A stretch of 63,879 nucleotides of DNA, filler included, from Octopus bimaculoides (Eukaryota): NCBI RefSeq assembly GCF_001194135.2. It is 5 parts of 5 records of this genome, joined end to end, with 100 filler letters (N's around TTAATTAATTAA, not from the genome) between each part and the next. Parts side by side here need not be neighbours in the genome. Positions count along the whole stretch, not along the records: positions 1 to 16,049 come from NC_068988.1; 4 more parts are not named here. The stretch is one strand, 5' to 3'. The notes beneath the pieces are model-generated. The model had not been told where the DNA came from, ran no database searches, and was given only the letters and a program-made list of their open reading frames with translations. The stretch's first letter is position 1; each line of letters starts with the position of its first letter. The translations under genes were made by a program, and so were the position numbers. Positions 1 to 12,401 of this stretch are shown one piece after another.

Positions 1-383
1 TTATATATATATATATATATACATATATATGTATGTACATATGTGTGTGTGCATACACACACACACAAACACACACACACATATCACTGATGTGGGAATT
101 GGATGCTATCTAGCTGTTGACATCTGTTATTGACAAGGCCAAGAAAGGTTGAAATCCTGTGACTTAACAGATTCAGTAGCTGTAGAAGAGGGTTATTTCT
201 CTCTAGCAATATAAACACAGATGCTTTTATGCACCAGAGATCCATGAGAGAGGTTCTATCATGGTAAATATTGCAGTATCCTGTGTTCTGATACAACATC
301 CACTTTAAGTAGGATATATATAAATACAAAATGGCTGATAGTTAGCAAGGTGAGACACACATAAGAAAGAAGGAAACAAAGGA

Positions 384-423
384 CCACTGATGAGGTCACA
401 GAAGTGTGACGAAAGAACTCTGG
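384..423 (+). ncRNA. Minimal type-I hammerhead ribozyme motif
   Basis: CCA-CUGAUGA-G-GUCACA(GAAG)UGUGAC-GAA-AG(AA)CU-C/UGG: canonical core, 6-bp stem II, 3-bp stem I, CUC cleavage triplet. Confidence 0.75.
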
Positions 424-531
424 CCGAAATAAGATTAAGATTAATGTAATATAAAGCTGAAGCAAATTAACACCAAATATACAGTGCGTTTGTTTTTATT
501 GGCTAAACTGGCAACATGACCATCCCCAAGT

Positions 532-594
<63 letters not shown>

Positions 595-598
595 AGAA

Positions 599-1993
599 GG
601 CAGACTGTATGACACATGTGTACGAACATCCATGCTACATGGCAGTGAAACATAGGCCGTGACTGCTGAGGACATGCGTAAGCTTGCAAGGAATGAAGCC
701 AGTATGCTCCGATGGATGAGTAATGTCAGTGTGCATATTAGACAGAGTGTAGTAACTATCTTGAGAGAAAAGTTGAACCTACGAAGCATCAGTTGTGGTG
801 TGCAAGAGAGACGATTGCGCTGGTATGAACATGTGGCGAGAATGGATGAGGATAGCTGCATGAAAAAGTGCCACACCCTAGCGGTTGAGGGAACCCGTGG
901 AAGAGGCAGGCCTAGGAAGACCTGGGATGAGGTGGTGAAGCACGACCTCCGAACATTGGGCCTCACCGAGGCAATGACTTGTGACCATGACGTTTGGAAA
1001 TATGCTGAGCATGAGAAGACCCGGCAAGCCAAGTGAGACCAAAATCCAAGGCCTCTGCCAGGGATGTAACCAGCCCACTTACGCATAACATTCCTTCATT
1101 GGACACTAAACTCTGCTTGCGAAGACATGGTGAGGCAAGTGAAATCGAAATCGAACTAAATTTGTAGGAACTTTANNNNNNNNNNNNNNNNNNNNNNNNN
1201 NNNNNNNNNNNNNNNNNNNNNNNNNNNNNNNNNNNNNNNNNNNNNNNNNNNNNNNNNNNNNNNNNNNNNNNNNNNNNNNNNNNNNNNNNNNNNNNNNNNN
1301 NNNNNNNNNNNNNNNNNNNNNNNNNNNNNNNNNNNNNNNNNNNNNNNNNNNNNNNNNNNNNNNNNNNNNNNNNNNNNNNNNNNNNNNNNNNNNNNNNNNN
1401 NNNNNNNNNNNNNNNNNNNNNNNNNNNNNNNNNNNNNNNNNNNNNNNNNNNNNNNNNNNNNNNNNNNNNNNNNNNNNNNNNNNNNNNNNNNNNNNNNNNN
1501 NNNNNNNNNNNNNNNNNNNNNNNNNNNNNNNNNNNNNNNNNNNNNNNNNNNNNNNNNNNNNNNNNNNNNNNNNNNNNNNNNNNNNNNNNNNNNNNNNNNN
1601 NNNNNNNNNNNNNNNNNNNNNNNNNNNNNNNNNNNNNNNNTCGTTACCAACGCCGCCTTCCTGGCACTTGTGCCAGTGGAACGTGAAAAGTCATTCGAGC
1701 GAGATCGTTGCCAGTGCCGATGGACTGGCTCCTGTGCAGGTGGCACGTATAATACACCATTTCGAACGTGGCCGTCGCCAGTACCGCCTGACTGGCCTTC
1801 ATGCCGGTGGCACGTAAAAGCTCCCACTACACTCTCTGAGTGGTTGGCGTTAGGAAGGTCATCCAGCTGTAGAAACTCTGTCAAATCAGATTGGAGCCTG
1901 GTGTCGCCTCCTGGTCCACCAGTCCTCAGTCAAATCGTCCAACCCATGCTAGCATGGAAAGCAGACGTTAAACGATGATGATGATGATGATGA
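599..1993 (+). mobile_element. RTE-clade LINE 3' fragment: ORF C-terminus (599-1036), long 3' UTR across a gap, (GAT)n tail
   Basis: GRLYDTCVRTSMLHGSET*...RRLRWYEHVARM...GTRGRGRPRKTW matches the RTE C-terminal RLRWxGHVxR / GxRxRGRPxKTW motifs, with an in-frame stop. Continuity across the N-gap is inferred. Confidence 0.8.
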
Positions 1994-2027
1994 TATCTTT
2001 TACTCTTTGACTCTTTTACTCTTTGAC

Positions 2028-2422
2028 TCTTTTACTTGTTTCAGTCATTTGACTGCGGCCATGCTGGAACACCGCCTTTAGTCGAGCATATCGACACCAG
2101 GACTTATTCTTTGTAAGCCTAGTACTTATTATATCAGTGTATTTTGCCGAACCGCTAAGTTACAGGGATGTAAACACACCAGCGTCGGTTGTCAAGCGAT
2201 GTTGGGGGCACCAACACAAACAAATAAACACACACACATATATACATATACATATATGCGACGGGCTTCTTTCTGTTTCCATCTACCAAATCCACTCACA
2301 AGGCTTTGGTCAGCCCAAGGCTATAGCAGAAGACACTTGCCCAAGGTGCCACGCAGTGTGACTGAACCCGGAACCATGTGGTTGGTAAGCAAGCAACTTA
2401 CCACACAGCCACTCCTGCGCCT
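2028..2422 (-). mobile_element. tRNA-derived SINE, family 1 (about 400 bp, internal CA/TA microsatellite)
   Basis: The minus strand begins aggcgcaggagtggctgtgtggtaag...gttccgggttcagtc (A/B-box-like) and ends gactgaaacaagtaaaaga. There are more than 15 copies in the window. It is probably one of the described octopus tRNA-SINE families (OK/OR1/OR2); the exact assignment is unverified. Confidence 0.85.
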
Positions 2423-3148
2423 ATATATATATATATATATATATCTTGCAACACAAATTCATAAACATGTGTGTGTGTGTGTGTGTGTGTGTGATGGATA
2501 TTTGATACTAAACATTTCAGATAATATATATATATATATAATATAATATATGTACTAGCAGCTAAGCCCACTTTGACCAGGTCAGTTTGGATGATGTGGC
2601 TGTAAAACCTGCTCTATATAAGCATTCAACTTATGTTAAAAAACAATTTTAGAATGACTTTTTTCTGTCAAAATGCTAAAAATAACTGACCAACAAGAAA
2701 AAAACCAGCCAAGATTCAACCAAATCAAAAAATAAATCCAAATATTAAGCAAACAAGGATGAACCATCCCACTTCCATTGCATGCGCGCACATACACACA
2801 CATACAAACACAGACACATACATGCACACACACACACATTCACTTTTACTTACACATGCATATATTCACACACAGTTGAAATGCTGTTTGATTTATTTTT
2901 TCAGCGTATAATTTTCATCATCCCACTACCAAGTAACCTCCTAAGTGGACCTAGTGCAGATATGAATAGAATATGGGAACTGGTATTAAGGAAGGATACA
3001 GAAATATTAGGTTTATAAGCCCTAAAATTCACTCTATATTGCCCTTGGGCATATAGTGTAATGGTTAAGAGCATGGGCTACTAACCCTAAGATTGAATAA
3101 ATAAAAAAATAAAAAAATAATAATAATAATATCAGCAAAAAAATACCT

Positions 3149-3320
3149 TTGGAACGAGAACCCAGGATTGAGTTCAAAATCCTACCAGGACACCTGAGGA
3201 AAGCTGGAGAGTAAATCAGCCAAAATATTGTGGTAACAACAAACAAGACGAGGACACATATCTGTCTAATGTTAATGATGTAAAGAATGTACAGAATTCC
3301 TCATCTCAAAAATATAAAAC
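3149..3320 (+). mobile_element. Short hammerhead-bearing repeat, family D (degenerate copy)
   Basis: Colinear with 53726-53853 (gaatgagaacccagg...acacctgaNga.aggctg...cagccgaaa...gaggacaaatatccgtc...aattcctcatctc). The ribozyme has G12>A. Confidence 0.7.
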
Positions 3321-3840
3321 AGAAGAAATCTATGATTATTTCTAAGCAACATCGAATCTAGAGTAAGAGCCTTAGCCAGTAAACACCAAAGTCAACCATT
3401 GGAAACATTGAGTTAAACTATCAAATAAAGCTGTTTTGTCATAGCATTTTTATCACTGGCATTTGTAACAGAAATTAAGACAATATTAAAATTACTTTTG
3501 CACTAATATCTAACTGTTATCTTTCTATGTAAGATGAATTCAGTATCTAATTGGAAATTTAATTTGACAAGGGGGTGTTGACAAAAATGTTTGCGCCCAA
3601 AGGGGGCACTGGCTGAAAAATGGTAGGGAAACCCTGGCTAAGGGATAAATGTATCCGTAGACTCTACTGGTGCATTACCTAACTATGTATAGGTCTTGCT
3701 GTATGGTTAACAGTAGTCGGTAATTTAAGGGTAAGCCGTGGTTTAATATATTCAGATAAGAGATGAAATAGAGTAACATGCAACAATTAGAAGTTGATCA
3801 TTAGTATTGAATGATCATAGTTTAATTATGGTTAAGATAA

Positions 3841-3920
3841 CATTTACAGCTGTTTCTGTCTGTTATTTTTTAGGTAAACTTGCGTTTATCTTGTTCCATG
3901 TAACAAACGTCATCAGAATG
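3841..3920 (-). ncRNA. Type-I hammerhead with extended stem II
   Basis: Minus strand: CAUU-CUGAUGA-C-GUUUGUU...UAAAC(GCAA)GUUUA...AACAGAC-A-GAA-ACAGCUGU-A/AAUG. 4-bp stem I, 7-bp stem II, palindromic stem III, GUA triplet. Confidence 0.7.
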
Positions 3921-3985
3921 ATTTGAACTTTACCAGAGGAATATTAACAGGAGATCGAAGATTGACAGGAGAAAAAGGAAAAAAG

Positions 3986-4024
<39 letters not shown>

Positions 4025-5589
4025 CATGTATATATACACACATGCTCACTCATGTATACATATATGTGTGTGTGTGTGTGTGTGTGCGTGGATGTGTGTG
4101 CTTATGCATCTGTGTGTGTACACTGAAATAAATGAATAAATATATCATGATTAGCATTATTATTAGAATTATCATCAATACAATACTAAAAGAATTTCAA
4201 ATCTTTTCAGCTAGCTTGAATAGAATTTCAAGTGACCTTGGCATTAACATTTGACAATGCTTGATATTCATCAAATCACTTTAGAAAATAAATAAAGTGA
4301 ACAAGAAGAAGCTAAAAGAACAAAAGAAAAAAAACACACAAAAAAAAAACACAAAATCTTGCAATATGTCATTGTTATTTCGTATCATTGATATAGCTCT
4401 GTCACTTTTGAAAATGTCAGAAACACAAATGTGACAAGTTATTAATAAATTATTTTTCTTCTTTCTTTCTTTCCTTCTTCATTTAGATATTTATTTACTG
4501 TGTATTTCTTCTTGTTTTTCCCGTTTGTAAAAGGACAATAGAACTATCATGTAGAAGTACAACAAATACTACTGATTGCTTTAATTAGAATTTAGATTCA
4601 GGAAAACTGGAAGCCAATCTTCAGTATAATACAGTTTCTCTGAAGGATTCCGTCTGTCTTCAGAGATCATTGAATCAATCAAAAGAAGACGTGTGTTCTA
4701 GAAATATGAAAGTAAAATTTTTCATTTCTTGTTGTGTACAATTTGTTTGACAATATCTCTTTGACTCTCGTCCTTTTTAAGTGTATTGTTCTTACAGCTT
4801 AATTTATAATCAAACTTATAGTTTGGTCTATAATGGTTTTATATGAAATGATATTGAACAGAGAGATTAGGTGCAGGTAGAGAGAATGAGTGGATCAGAT
4901 ACTGACCTCCCAGAACAAATTTACTGAATACATATTGTATATTTGGACATCCCATTTAATGCATATGTAAAAGCCACAAAGTAGAACAACTTGATATGAA
5001 TGCTGACATTTGGAGAACACTTTGTTTAGATACAATATTTAAATACAATATTTAAATACAATAGTTAAAATATATTGATATTAGTGCTAAGAATTTTTTT
5101 CCTTTTCTGAAAGCAACCACACTTAGGATGCTTCACAGTACTGCACAAAAAACTTTTGTCCTCAGTTAGATTTGGTAAGAACTCAATTTCATATTGTGCT
5201 TCCCAAGTCAGTAACATCAATGCTGGTTGACTGGTCTTTGTTCTGTATTAGAATGCAGAAATCTCCAAAAAATAACATCTGATATGGTCTGTTGTATAAC
5301 AGAAAAGCAAGAGTCAGCAAAACTGTCCTGTGTTGAGTAACAGTAGTAGAGTTGGGGGGAATGTGTCCATATATCTCCACATTGCTTTTGTGTTCAGGCC
5401 ATGAAATTGTTTTGAACCATCACTAGAAATCTAGTGTATGTACTAATTTTGATGCTCCTTCTTAGTCCAGATTTCAGCTGATTAAAAACAAATGCATTCT
5501 CTACACATGCTGAATAAGGCCAGCCTTGTTGACTTTGAAATATTCAATTGCCAGACGTTTTGAATCTTGTTACAGTTACTCCAGGTTAG

Positions 5590-6544
5590 TGTACTTTCAA
5601 GCGTTCTTTGTGCATCATGTGGTCAAGCATTGTCTTGCAAGAGAATTGGCCTGTCTTTGTTAACCAATCTCGGTTTTTTAATTGCAAGTTCACTCATCAT
5701 TTCATCCGATTGGTTGATGTATACCTCAGCTGTGATTGACTTAGCAGGTCTCATGAAGTTGTAGTGGATGACACCAGCGCTGGACTACCAAACAGACACC
5801 ATTAGCTTTATTTGCTGAATACTTATTTTTAGATTGGGTTTTGGCACTCTGTCTCTATCCAACCACCATGCAGAATGCTTTGTCATGTTGAAAAGAATCC
5901 ATTTTTCATTACATGTAACAATACAATGCAAAATGGCTCGCTTTTATTTTGTGACTGCAAAGAACAGCAAGTTTCAAGATGACGTGTCATTTGATGCTTG
6001 TTCAGTTCATTTGGTACCCACTTGTCAAGCTTCTTTACCTTGCGGATTTGTTTCAGATGGTCCAATACAGTTGGAATCAAAACATCAAACCTTGCTGCTA
6101 AGTCAAGTGTAGCTTGAGATGCATCCACTTCAACTACAGTTTCCAACTTATCCACCTTGGTCTCAGGTCTACCATGGGCTGATTTTTAAGTGTAAAGTCA
6201 CCAGACCAGAACTTCTCAGACCATCGAGGTACAGTGTGCTTATTTGCTACATCTTTTCCAAACACCTCATTGATGTTTTGAGCTGTCTGGGATGCATTGG
6301 TTCCATGATGGAACTCATTTTCATAAATAACACGAATTTTTTTATCTATCCATAGGTTCACAAAAATTGATTTGCAAGAGAAAACTCATCATTTAATCAG
6401 ACACCATGATCTGCCTTTCAAAAGGTGATGATGTAACTCTTCAATGTTGCAAAACAAAGAATTGTCAGGATGAAACATTTGGGTTAATGACTGTCAAACT
6501 TGGTGCATAAAGAAATTGGACATTTCATTCTTAATGACCTGATA
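5590..6544 (-). mobile_element. Degenerate mariner (Hsmar1/SETMAR-like transposase), truncated at its 3' end
   Basis: Frameshifted ORFs EFHHGTNASQTAQNINEVFG, KLDKWVPNEL, VW*SSAGVIHY, PILLQDNA*PH. One Mos1-like TIR tatcaggtcattaagaatgaaatgtcc at 6518-6544 (minus strand). Confidence 0.85.
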
Positions 6545-7480
6545 ACTACAATAACAACAATTGTCACTGACAGAGCAGTCTTCTTGGCTTATTTCTCTCC
6601 AGCCTTCATACATCTTCCATATTTCATGCTGCATTTACATTTCATATATGAGTTGTCTCACTAAGAAGTGAGTATTTTTAGGACCTTGTCCTAGTGCTAA
6701 ACAGGACTACATCATATCTTAATTTCTTTCAAATCAGTTATTCTCTATTTCTATTTCTTAGATTCTTGTAACTTGGTCCATCAATATGATGCTTGTGTGA
6801 GTTTCCTTCTCTGAAACATACCCTTTTCTCTTGCAACAGTTCACAGCGCTACTGCTACATCAGAAATTGAGGAGGGTACTTCTCTGTATTGTCTGAAAAA
6901 AGATGTAAAAAACAATTGATTAACATTCTCCTCTAGATATTTACAGTGACTCAGCATCTGTTCCTGATGGTGTAATGGCTTTCCTTGCCATTTTCTTCTT
7001 TGTATTAGTAAGGGCTACTCCAGTGTTCTCTGTTGCATACAGACTTTTTACCAACAATGTCTGGATTAACGCGTGCGCGTGCACACACACACACACACAC
7101 ACACACAAATACACACACACAAGCGCGCACACTTTTCTCATTGACATTATCTATTAAGCTATTGATGTGTGTTGTTTATGGTGGTGGAGTAGTGACAGTG
7201 TAACAGGGAGTATCTCTGCTTATGGTGTAGTACTAAATGTAATGATAAATGTGTGATGAACTGGTAATTTAATATATCTATTAAAAATGTCACAGTGATG
7301 TGACCTTCCTACAAAGACTACAATTCTATAACACCCAATCGTTATGTTTGACATTGGGTGTTTCAGTGGTTAAACATTCTGACTCCAGCTGTTCTTGTTT
7401 CACATTGAACTATCGTTGTGCATGATCTTCTTGCAATTACCATCGGATGATGAATTATTTTAGCAGTTGTCATTGTTGAT

Positions 7481-7529
<49 letters not shown>

Positions 7530-8595
7530 CCAGACAACAGAGAAATGGAGAGAGGTAGGGAAAAAGAGTGAGGGTGAAAGATAAATCTGAGTAAAGTGGA
7601 AGATAACATATGTAACACAGCTTAGATGCTGCTCCTGCTGATGATGATGATGATGAGGATGATGATGTGGAGGAGGAAGAGGAGGAGATCAATTAAGAGG
7701 ACGATGACGACCATGATTATGCCTGGAGTGATATTAATTGTTATAATTAAGATGTTCGTAGTTTCATTAAGTATAATGTTAATTACAACAAGTTTGATTA
7801 TGGCATATCTGTAGTAATGATGCTTCTGTTGTTGCTGATGATGATGGCATTCATGACAGTGATGATGATGATATTGATAATAATAATGATAATAACAATG
7901 CTGCAAATGTAAAATTGCTATTGTCAAGCAATATACCATCTTTTAATCCACCATTTAATGGCAGTGACAGGAAATTGTTAAATTCTGCATAGTCAGCAAA
8001 CCTTTACAAGCTTCATCTTTGTAACATGTATCAGCTATGATAAATGAGGTTATTATTAGGGAAAGTAGAGAATATTGTTGTTGATGTGTCATTCCCAAAA
8101 CAGCTCTGATCAGGCCATCCAATAGTACATAGTAATCAACTAAATAACAAAATATGGCTATGAAATAGATCGATCTTCCTAGTTATATCCATATAACCAC
8201 TTAACCGATGATTATACACTGCATCCCATGATGAATCATATGGTGTAAAGTGTACTAGTATCCACAGGCTAGTTTATTTCTGTACATTATTATGGTGGCC
8301 TTGGTCAGAACATAACACTTGTGTCTTTGCCAACACATTGTTTACATTCAGTGTGTTTGTTGATGTGTGTATGTTTCTTTGTTTATCTGGAATAAGTTTG
8401 AGAGATAATTTTTTAGGATATTATTGCAATGGATTTCTTAGAGTCTGAGTATTTGAAAGTGGTTTGACATATAATGTTAAGGAGTGTGGGTATTGATGAT
8501 TTGCTGCAACACTAAAGTGTTCTCATTACATACCCAGGTCATCTTTCATTTTTAGTATTTTTATTATATTATGCAGGTGATGTATTGATGGGTAT

Positions 8596-8895
8596 CTAGC
8601 GAATTTGTCTAAAACAACTCATCAACAACAATTCATTTACAGCAACTTATCTACAGATACAATTCATCTACAACCGCACACACATACACGTACAACCACA
8701 CACACACATGCAACCACACACACACATACACACACACAAACATATACACACATACAACCACACACACACACATACTATCACACACACATACAACCACATA
8801 TACAACCACACACACACACACACTTACAACCACATTTAGATAAATTGTTGTAGATGAATTGTTGTAGACAAATTATTGTAGATGAATTCACCTAG
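8596..8895. mobile_element. Foldback/MITE-like element with inverted 14-15 bp subterminal repeats
   Basis: Left arm has about 4 x caacaattcatcta-like units and the right arm about 4 x tagatgaattgttg. The termini ctagcgaatttgtcta and tagatgaattcacctag are roughly reverse complements. The interior is CA-rich. Confidence 0.5.
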
Positions 8896-9749
8896 AACTG
8901 TATTGATGTGGGCCGTGGAAAACCAATACAGCAGTTCATGGGATTTACTATAGTTGTTGTTGTGTGGTAGACTTCATCCATCACCCCAGTTTAATACCAT
9001 TCACTAGATCATAACTCTAACTTAACCTAACCCCACCATCTTCTCTTTATATGTCTTTAGTTGGATCCACGCTGTGTATGTATTCAGATCAAGTCTGCCA
9101 TGTAAGTATAATTTATTTTCTGGCTCCAAATTCCTACTAGTTAAAATGGTTCAATATGAAGGGTCATAACTGCAACCCAACCTCTTCTGGTTAAGAAATA
9201 AAGCAATCACCAAAGTTATGTGATCTGAAATAGCTATGTAATTTAAATGTAAATTTGATAATACAAGGTGACCCCAAAACCAGGATCTTTTGAAAAACCC
9301 TACAAAAATAGGAAAAATCATAATCCAACAAAAAAATTTTTATTGACAGAAAGTGAACAACTTGCCTTTTAATAATCAGTAATCCAAAGTCTGAAAATTA
9401 CGTCCTATAAATGGTGTCCTCTTCTACATATGCATTCTGTCAATCTGCCATTGAGTTTCCCAATTGTTAGTGCAACATCTCAGTTAGTATACCATGAATT
9501 TCACCTCAAATTCTTTGTTTCAGGTCATCCAGAGTCCTTGGCCAAGCTGTGTAGACCTTACTCTTAAGATAGCCCCACAAGAATAAATTACAAACAGACA
9601 AATCTGGTGATCTTGGTGACCAGTGAATGTCACCGAATATTGAGATGACAGGTACCAAACAAATTTTGCACAGCTGCTATTGATTACCTTGTAGTGTGCG
9701 ATGTCACACCATCCTATTGTAGTGTGCAATGTTGCACCATCGTGAAGCT

Positions 9750-10062
9750 CTTTTACACTTTTACTTGTTTCAGTCATTTGACTGCGGCTATGCTGGAGCA
9801 CCACTTTTAGTTGAGCAAATCGACCCCAGGACTTATTCTTTGTCAGCCTAGTATTTATTCTATCGGTCTCTTTTGCCAAACTGCTAAGTTATGTGGATGT
9901 AAACACACCACCATCAGTTGTCAAACGATGTTGGGGGGACAAACATAGACACACAAACACACACACACACACACACACACANNNNNNNNNNNNNNNNNNN
10001 NNNNNNNNNNNNNNNNNNNNNNNNNNNNNNNNNNNNNNNNNNNNNNNNNNNNNNNNNNNNNN

Positions 10063-10093
<31 letters not shown>

Positions 10094-10263
10094 TATATAC
10101 GACGTTCTTCTTTCAGTTTCTGTCTACCAAATCCACTCACAAGGCTTTGGTCGGCCTGAAGCTATAGTAGAAGACTCTTGCACAAGGTGCCCTGCAGTGG
10201 GAATGAACCCGGAACCATGTGGTTGGTAAGCAAGCAACTTACCACACAGCCACTCCTGCACCT
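9750..10263 (-). mobile_element. SINE family 1 inserted in the rosa-like transposase
   Basis: Family 1 sequence flanked by the direct repeat aagct (9745-9749 and 10264-10268). Confidence 0.85.
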
Positions 10264-10839
10264 AAGCTGTAGAACATAGTTCAATGCAAGTGCAACAAAA
10301 GATTGTTGCATCTGATCATATTGATCCAAAGTGACAGCTGTTGTGATTCCCTCTTCATTTTCGAAAAAGTAAGGTCTGATGACCCATGTGACAAAACTAC
10401 ACACCATACCATCACCTTGCTGCTGTGCAAAGGGCGTTCATGAAGTTCTTTAGGGTTGCTGTCTGCCCAGTATTGATAGTTCTGTTTCTTCACATACCCT
10501 GTGAGATAAAAATGAGCCTCATCTGACATCCACAGCTTGTCCAGAAATTCATTATTTTTGCTTATGTTTCCCATAATTTTTTGACAGAATTCTAATTGTG
10601 AGTGGTGATCATTCTCCTTCAGTTCTTGCATGATCTGCAGCTTGTACAAAGGAAATTTAAAGTCAAAATAAAAAATTCAGCAAATACTCTCTTGGGACAA
10701 CTTTGCTGCAGCTGCTTGCTTACAAGCTGACCAACATGGGCTCTGCAAGACTGAAACCTGTAGAGCCTTAACATTCTGTGGAGTATGAACACTTCTTGGT
10801 TGTCCTCTCAGTCTTTTTTTCAGAACTGATCCAGTCTCT

Positions 10840-11035
10840 AAAATATAAAATTACTATTTGTAAATCTCTCAACAAGAGATATTCGGCAACAGTACTCTAG
10901 AGTAAAGATTATTTGCGAGCATAACATGGCAGTCCTGGTTTTGGACAATGTTGCTGTAATCTCCCAGGGCTAAATTCCAGCAACATTCGTCCTAAACCAG
11001 GACTGCCATGTTATGATGGCAAATAATCTTTACTC
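10840..11035. mobile_element. Hairpin (MITE-like) insertion, about 57-bp inverted arms at 10900-11035, flanked by a 14-bp direct repeat
   Basis: Arms gagtaaagattatttgc...aatgttgctg and cagcaacatt...gcaaataatctttactc. Direct repeat ctgatccagtctct at 10826-10839 and 11035-11048. Confidence 0.75.
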
Positions 11036-11130
11036 TGATCCAGTCTCTTCAAAAATAGGGGCTTTTATTGTGTATTTCAAGGGAACTTGACCATAATGCC
11101 CTAAATTGAAATGATGTGCACCCTCCAAAC

Positions 11131-12401
11131 TATTGAGTTGTCCAGAAAGTTCGTGCCGATTTTTAAAGGAAAGAAAATGGTCAATAAATACTTGCCATTA
11201 CATTTTTAATCAACCAAATATGAACCATTTTGTTGCACAATGCATTTCCGTCTTTCCTTTAACTTGAAAATACCCTCTTCCCAGAATTGAGGTGCTTTCA
11301 TGGCAAAGAATTCATCAAGGTATCTTTTTACGTCATTCAAGGAATTGAAATTTTTACCATTAAGACTATTTTGCAGAAACCTGAATAAATGGAAATCCGA
11401 AGGAGCAATATCTGGTTAATATGGAGGGTGGGGTAACACATCCCAGCCGAGCTGCAACAATTTTTGTCTGGTTCCCAAAGAAACGTGCGGTCTTGCATTA
11501 TCATATTGGAAAACAACACCCTTCCTGTTGGCCAATTCTGGACGTTTTTCTTCAATTGCTGCTTTTACATCTAGTTGTGTGCAGTATTTTGCAGAATTAA
11601 TTGTCTGGTTACTTGGGAGAAGCTCATAGTACAGAATTCGTTTCCAATCCCACCAAACACAATGCAAGACTTTTTTAGGGTGAAGACTCGCTTTTGGGGT
11701 AGCTAAAGGTGGTGGCTCATGTTGCTTACTCCAGGATCGCTTTCTCTGAACATTTCTCATCACCTGTGACAATCTGCTTTGAAAAATGCACATTTTCATT
11801 CCGTTTATAAAGTGAATCACAGATGGAAATGTGATCCAAAAGGTTCTTCTCACTCATCTCATGTGGTACCCAAACATCGTAGTGATTTGTGTACCCAAGC
11901 TTTACCAGGTGCCCATGAACAACGGATTTTGATAGACTGAGGCTTTCTGCCAATTCTCGGGTTGTGCAATGTGGGTTATTCTCAATTAATGACTTGATTT
12001 GGTTATCATCTGTAGTAGATGGTCTGCTTGATCGCTCTTTATCAATAAGGCTACAATCTCCAGCTCAGAATCTTGTGAAACACTTCTGTACAGTTCTTTC
12101 AGATAAAGAAACATCACCATAAACTGTGCATATTTCTTAGGCTGCTTGTGAGGCATTTTTCCCTTTATGGAAAAATTAAAGCATCAAGTACCGAAAATGA
12201 ACTTTCTTATCTTCCATTTTAAAGGGGTTACAGAATTAACACAGGTTATAGGAACATAAACCTTTTTCCATGAAAAGATAGCTTAAACTGTGCTCTAAAT
12301 GGAGGTTTAGTCAAATCCTATTTTATGGACTCGACATGTTCTAAAATAAGTCGAAAGGTAAGCTGCTATAAATCGGCATGAACTTCCCAGACAACCCAAT
12401 A
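11131..12401 (-). mobile_element. Full-length mariner (mellifera-like), pseudogenised transposase at 11206-12217
   Basis: TIRs tattgagttgtccagaaagttcgtgccgattt and aaatcggcatgaacttcccagacaacccaata, TA duplication, 1.27 kb. Motifs MEDKKVHF, WVPHEM, VTGDEK, QYDNARPH, WDVLPHPPY, with stops and frameshifts. Confidence 0.93.

Noticed and set aside
4596-4711. Possible exon DSGKLEANLQYNTVSLKDSVCLQRSLNQSKEDVCSRNMK
   Set aside because: Weak donor (gtaaaa), no similarity to WIF1 or any family I recognise.
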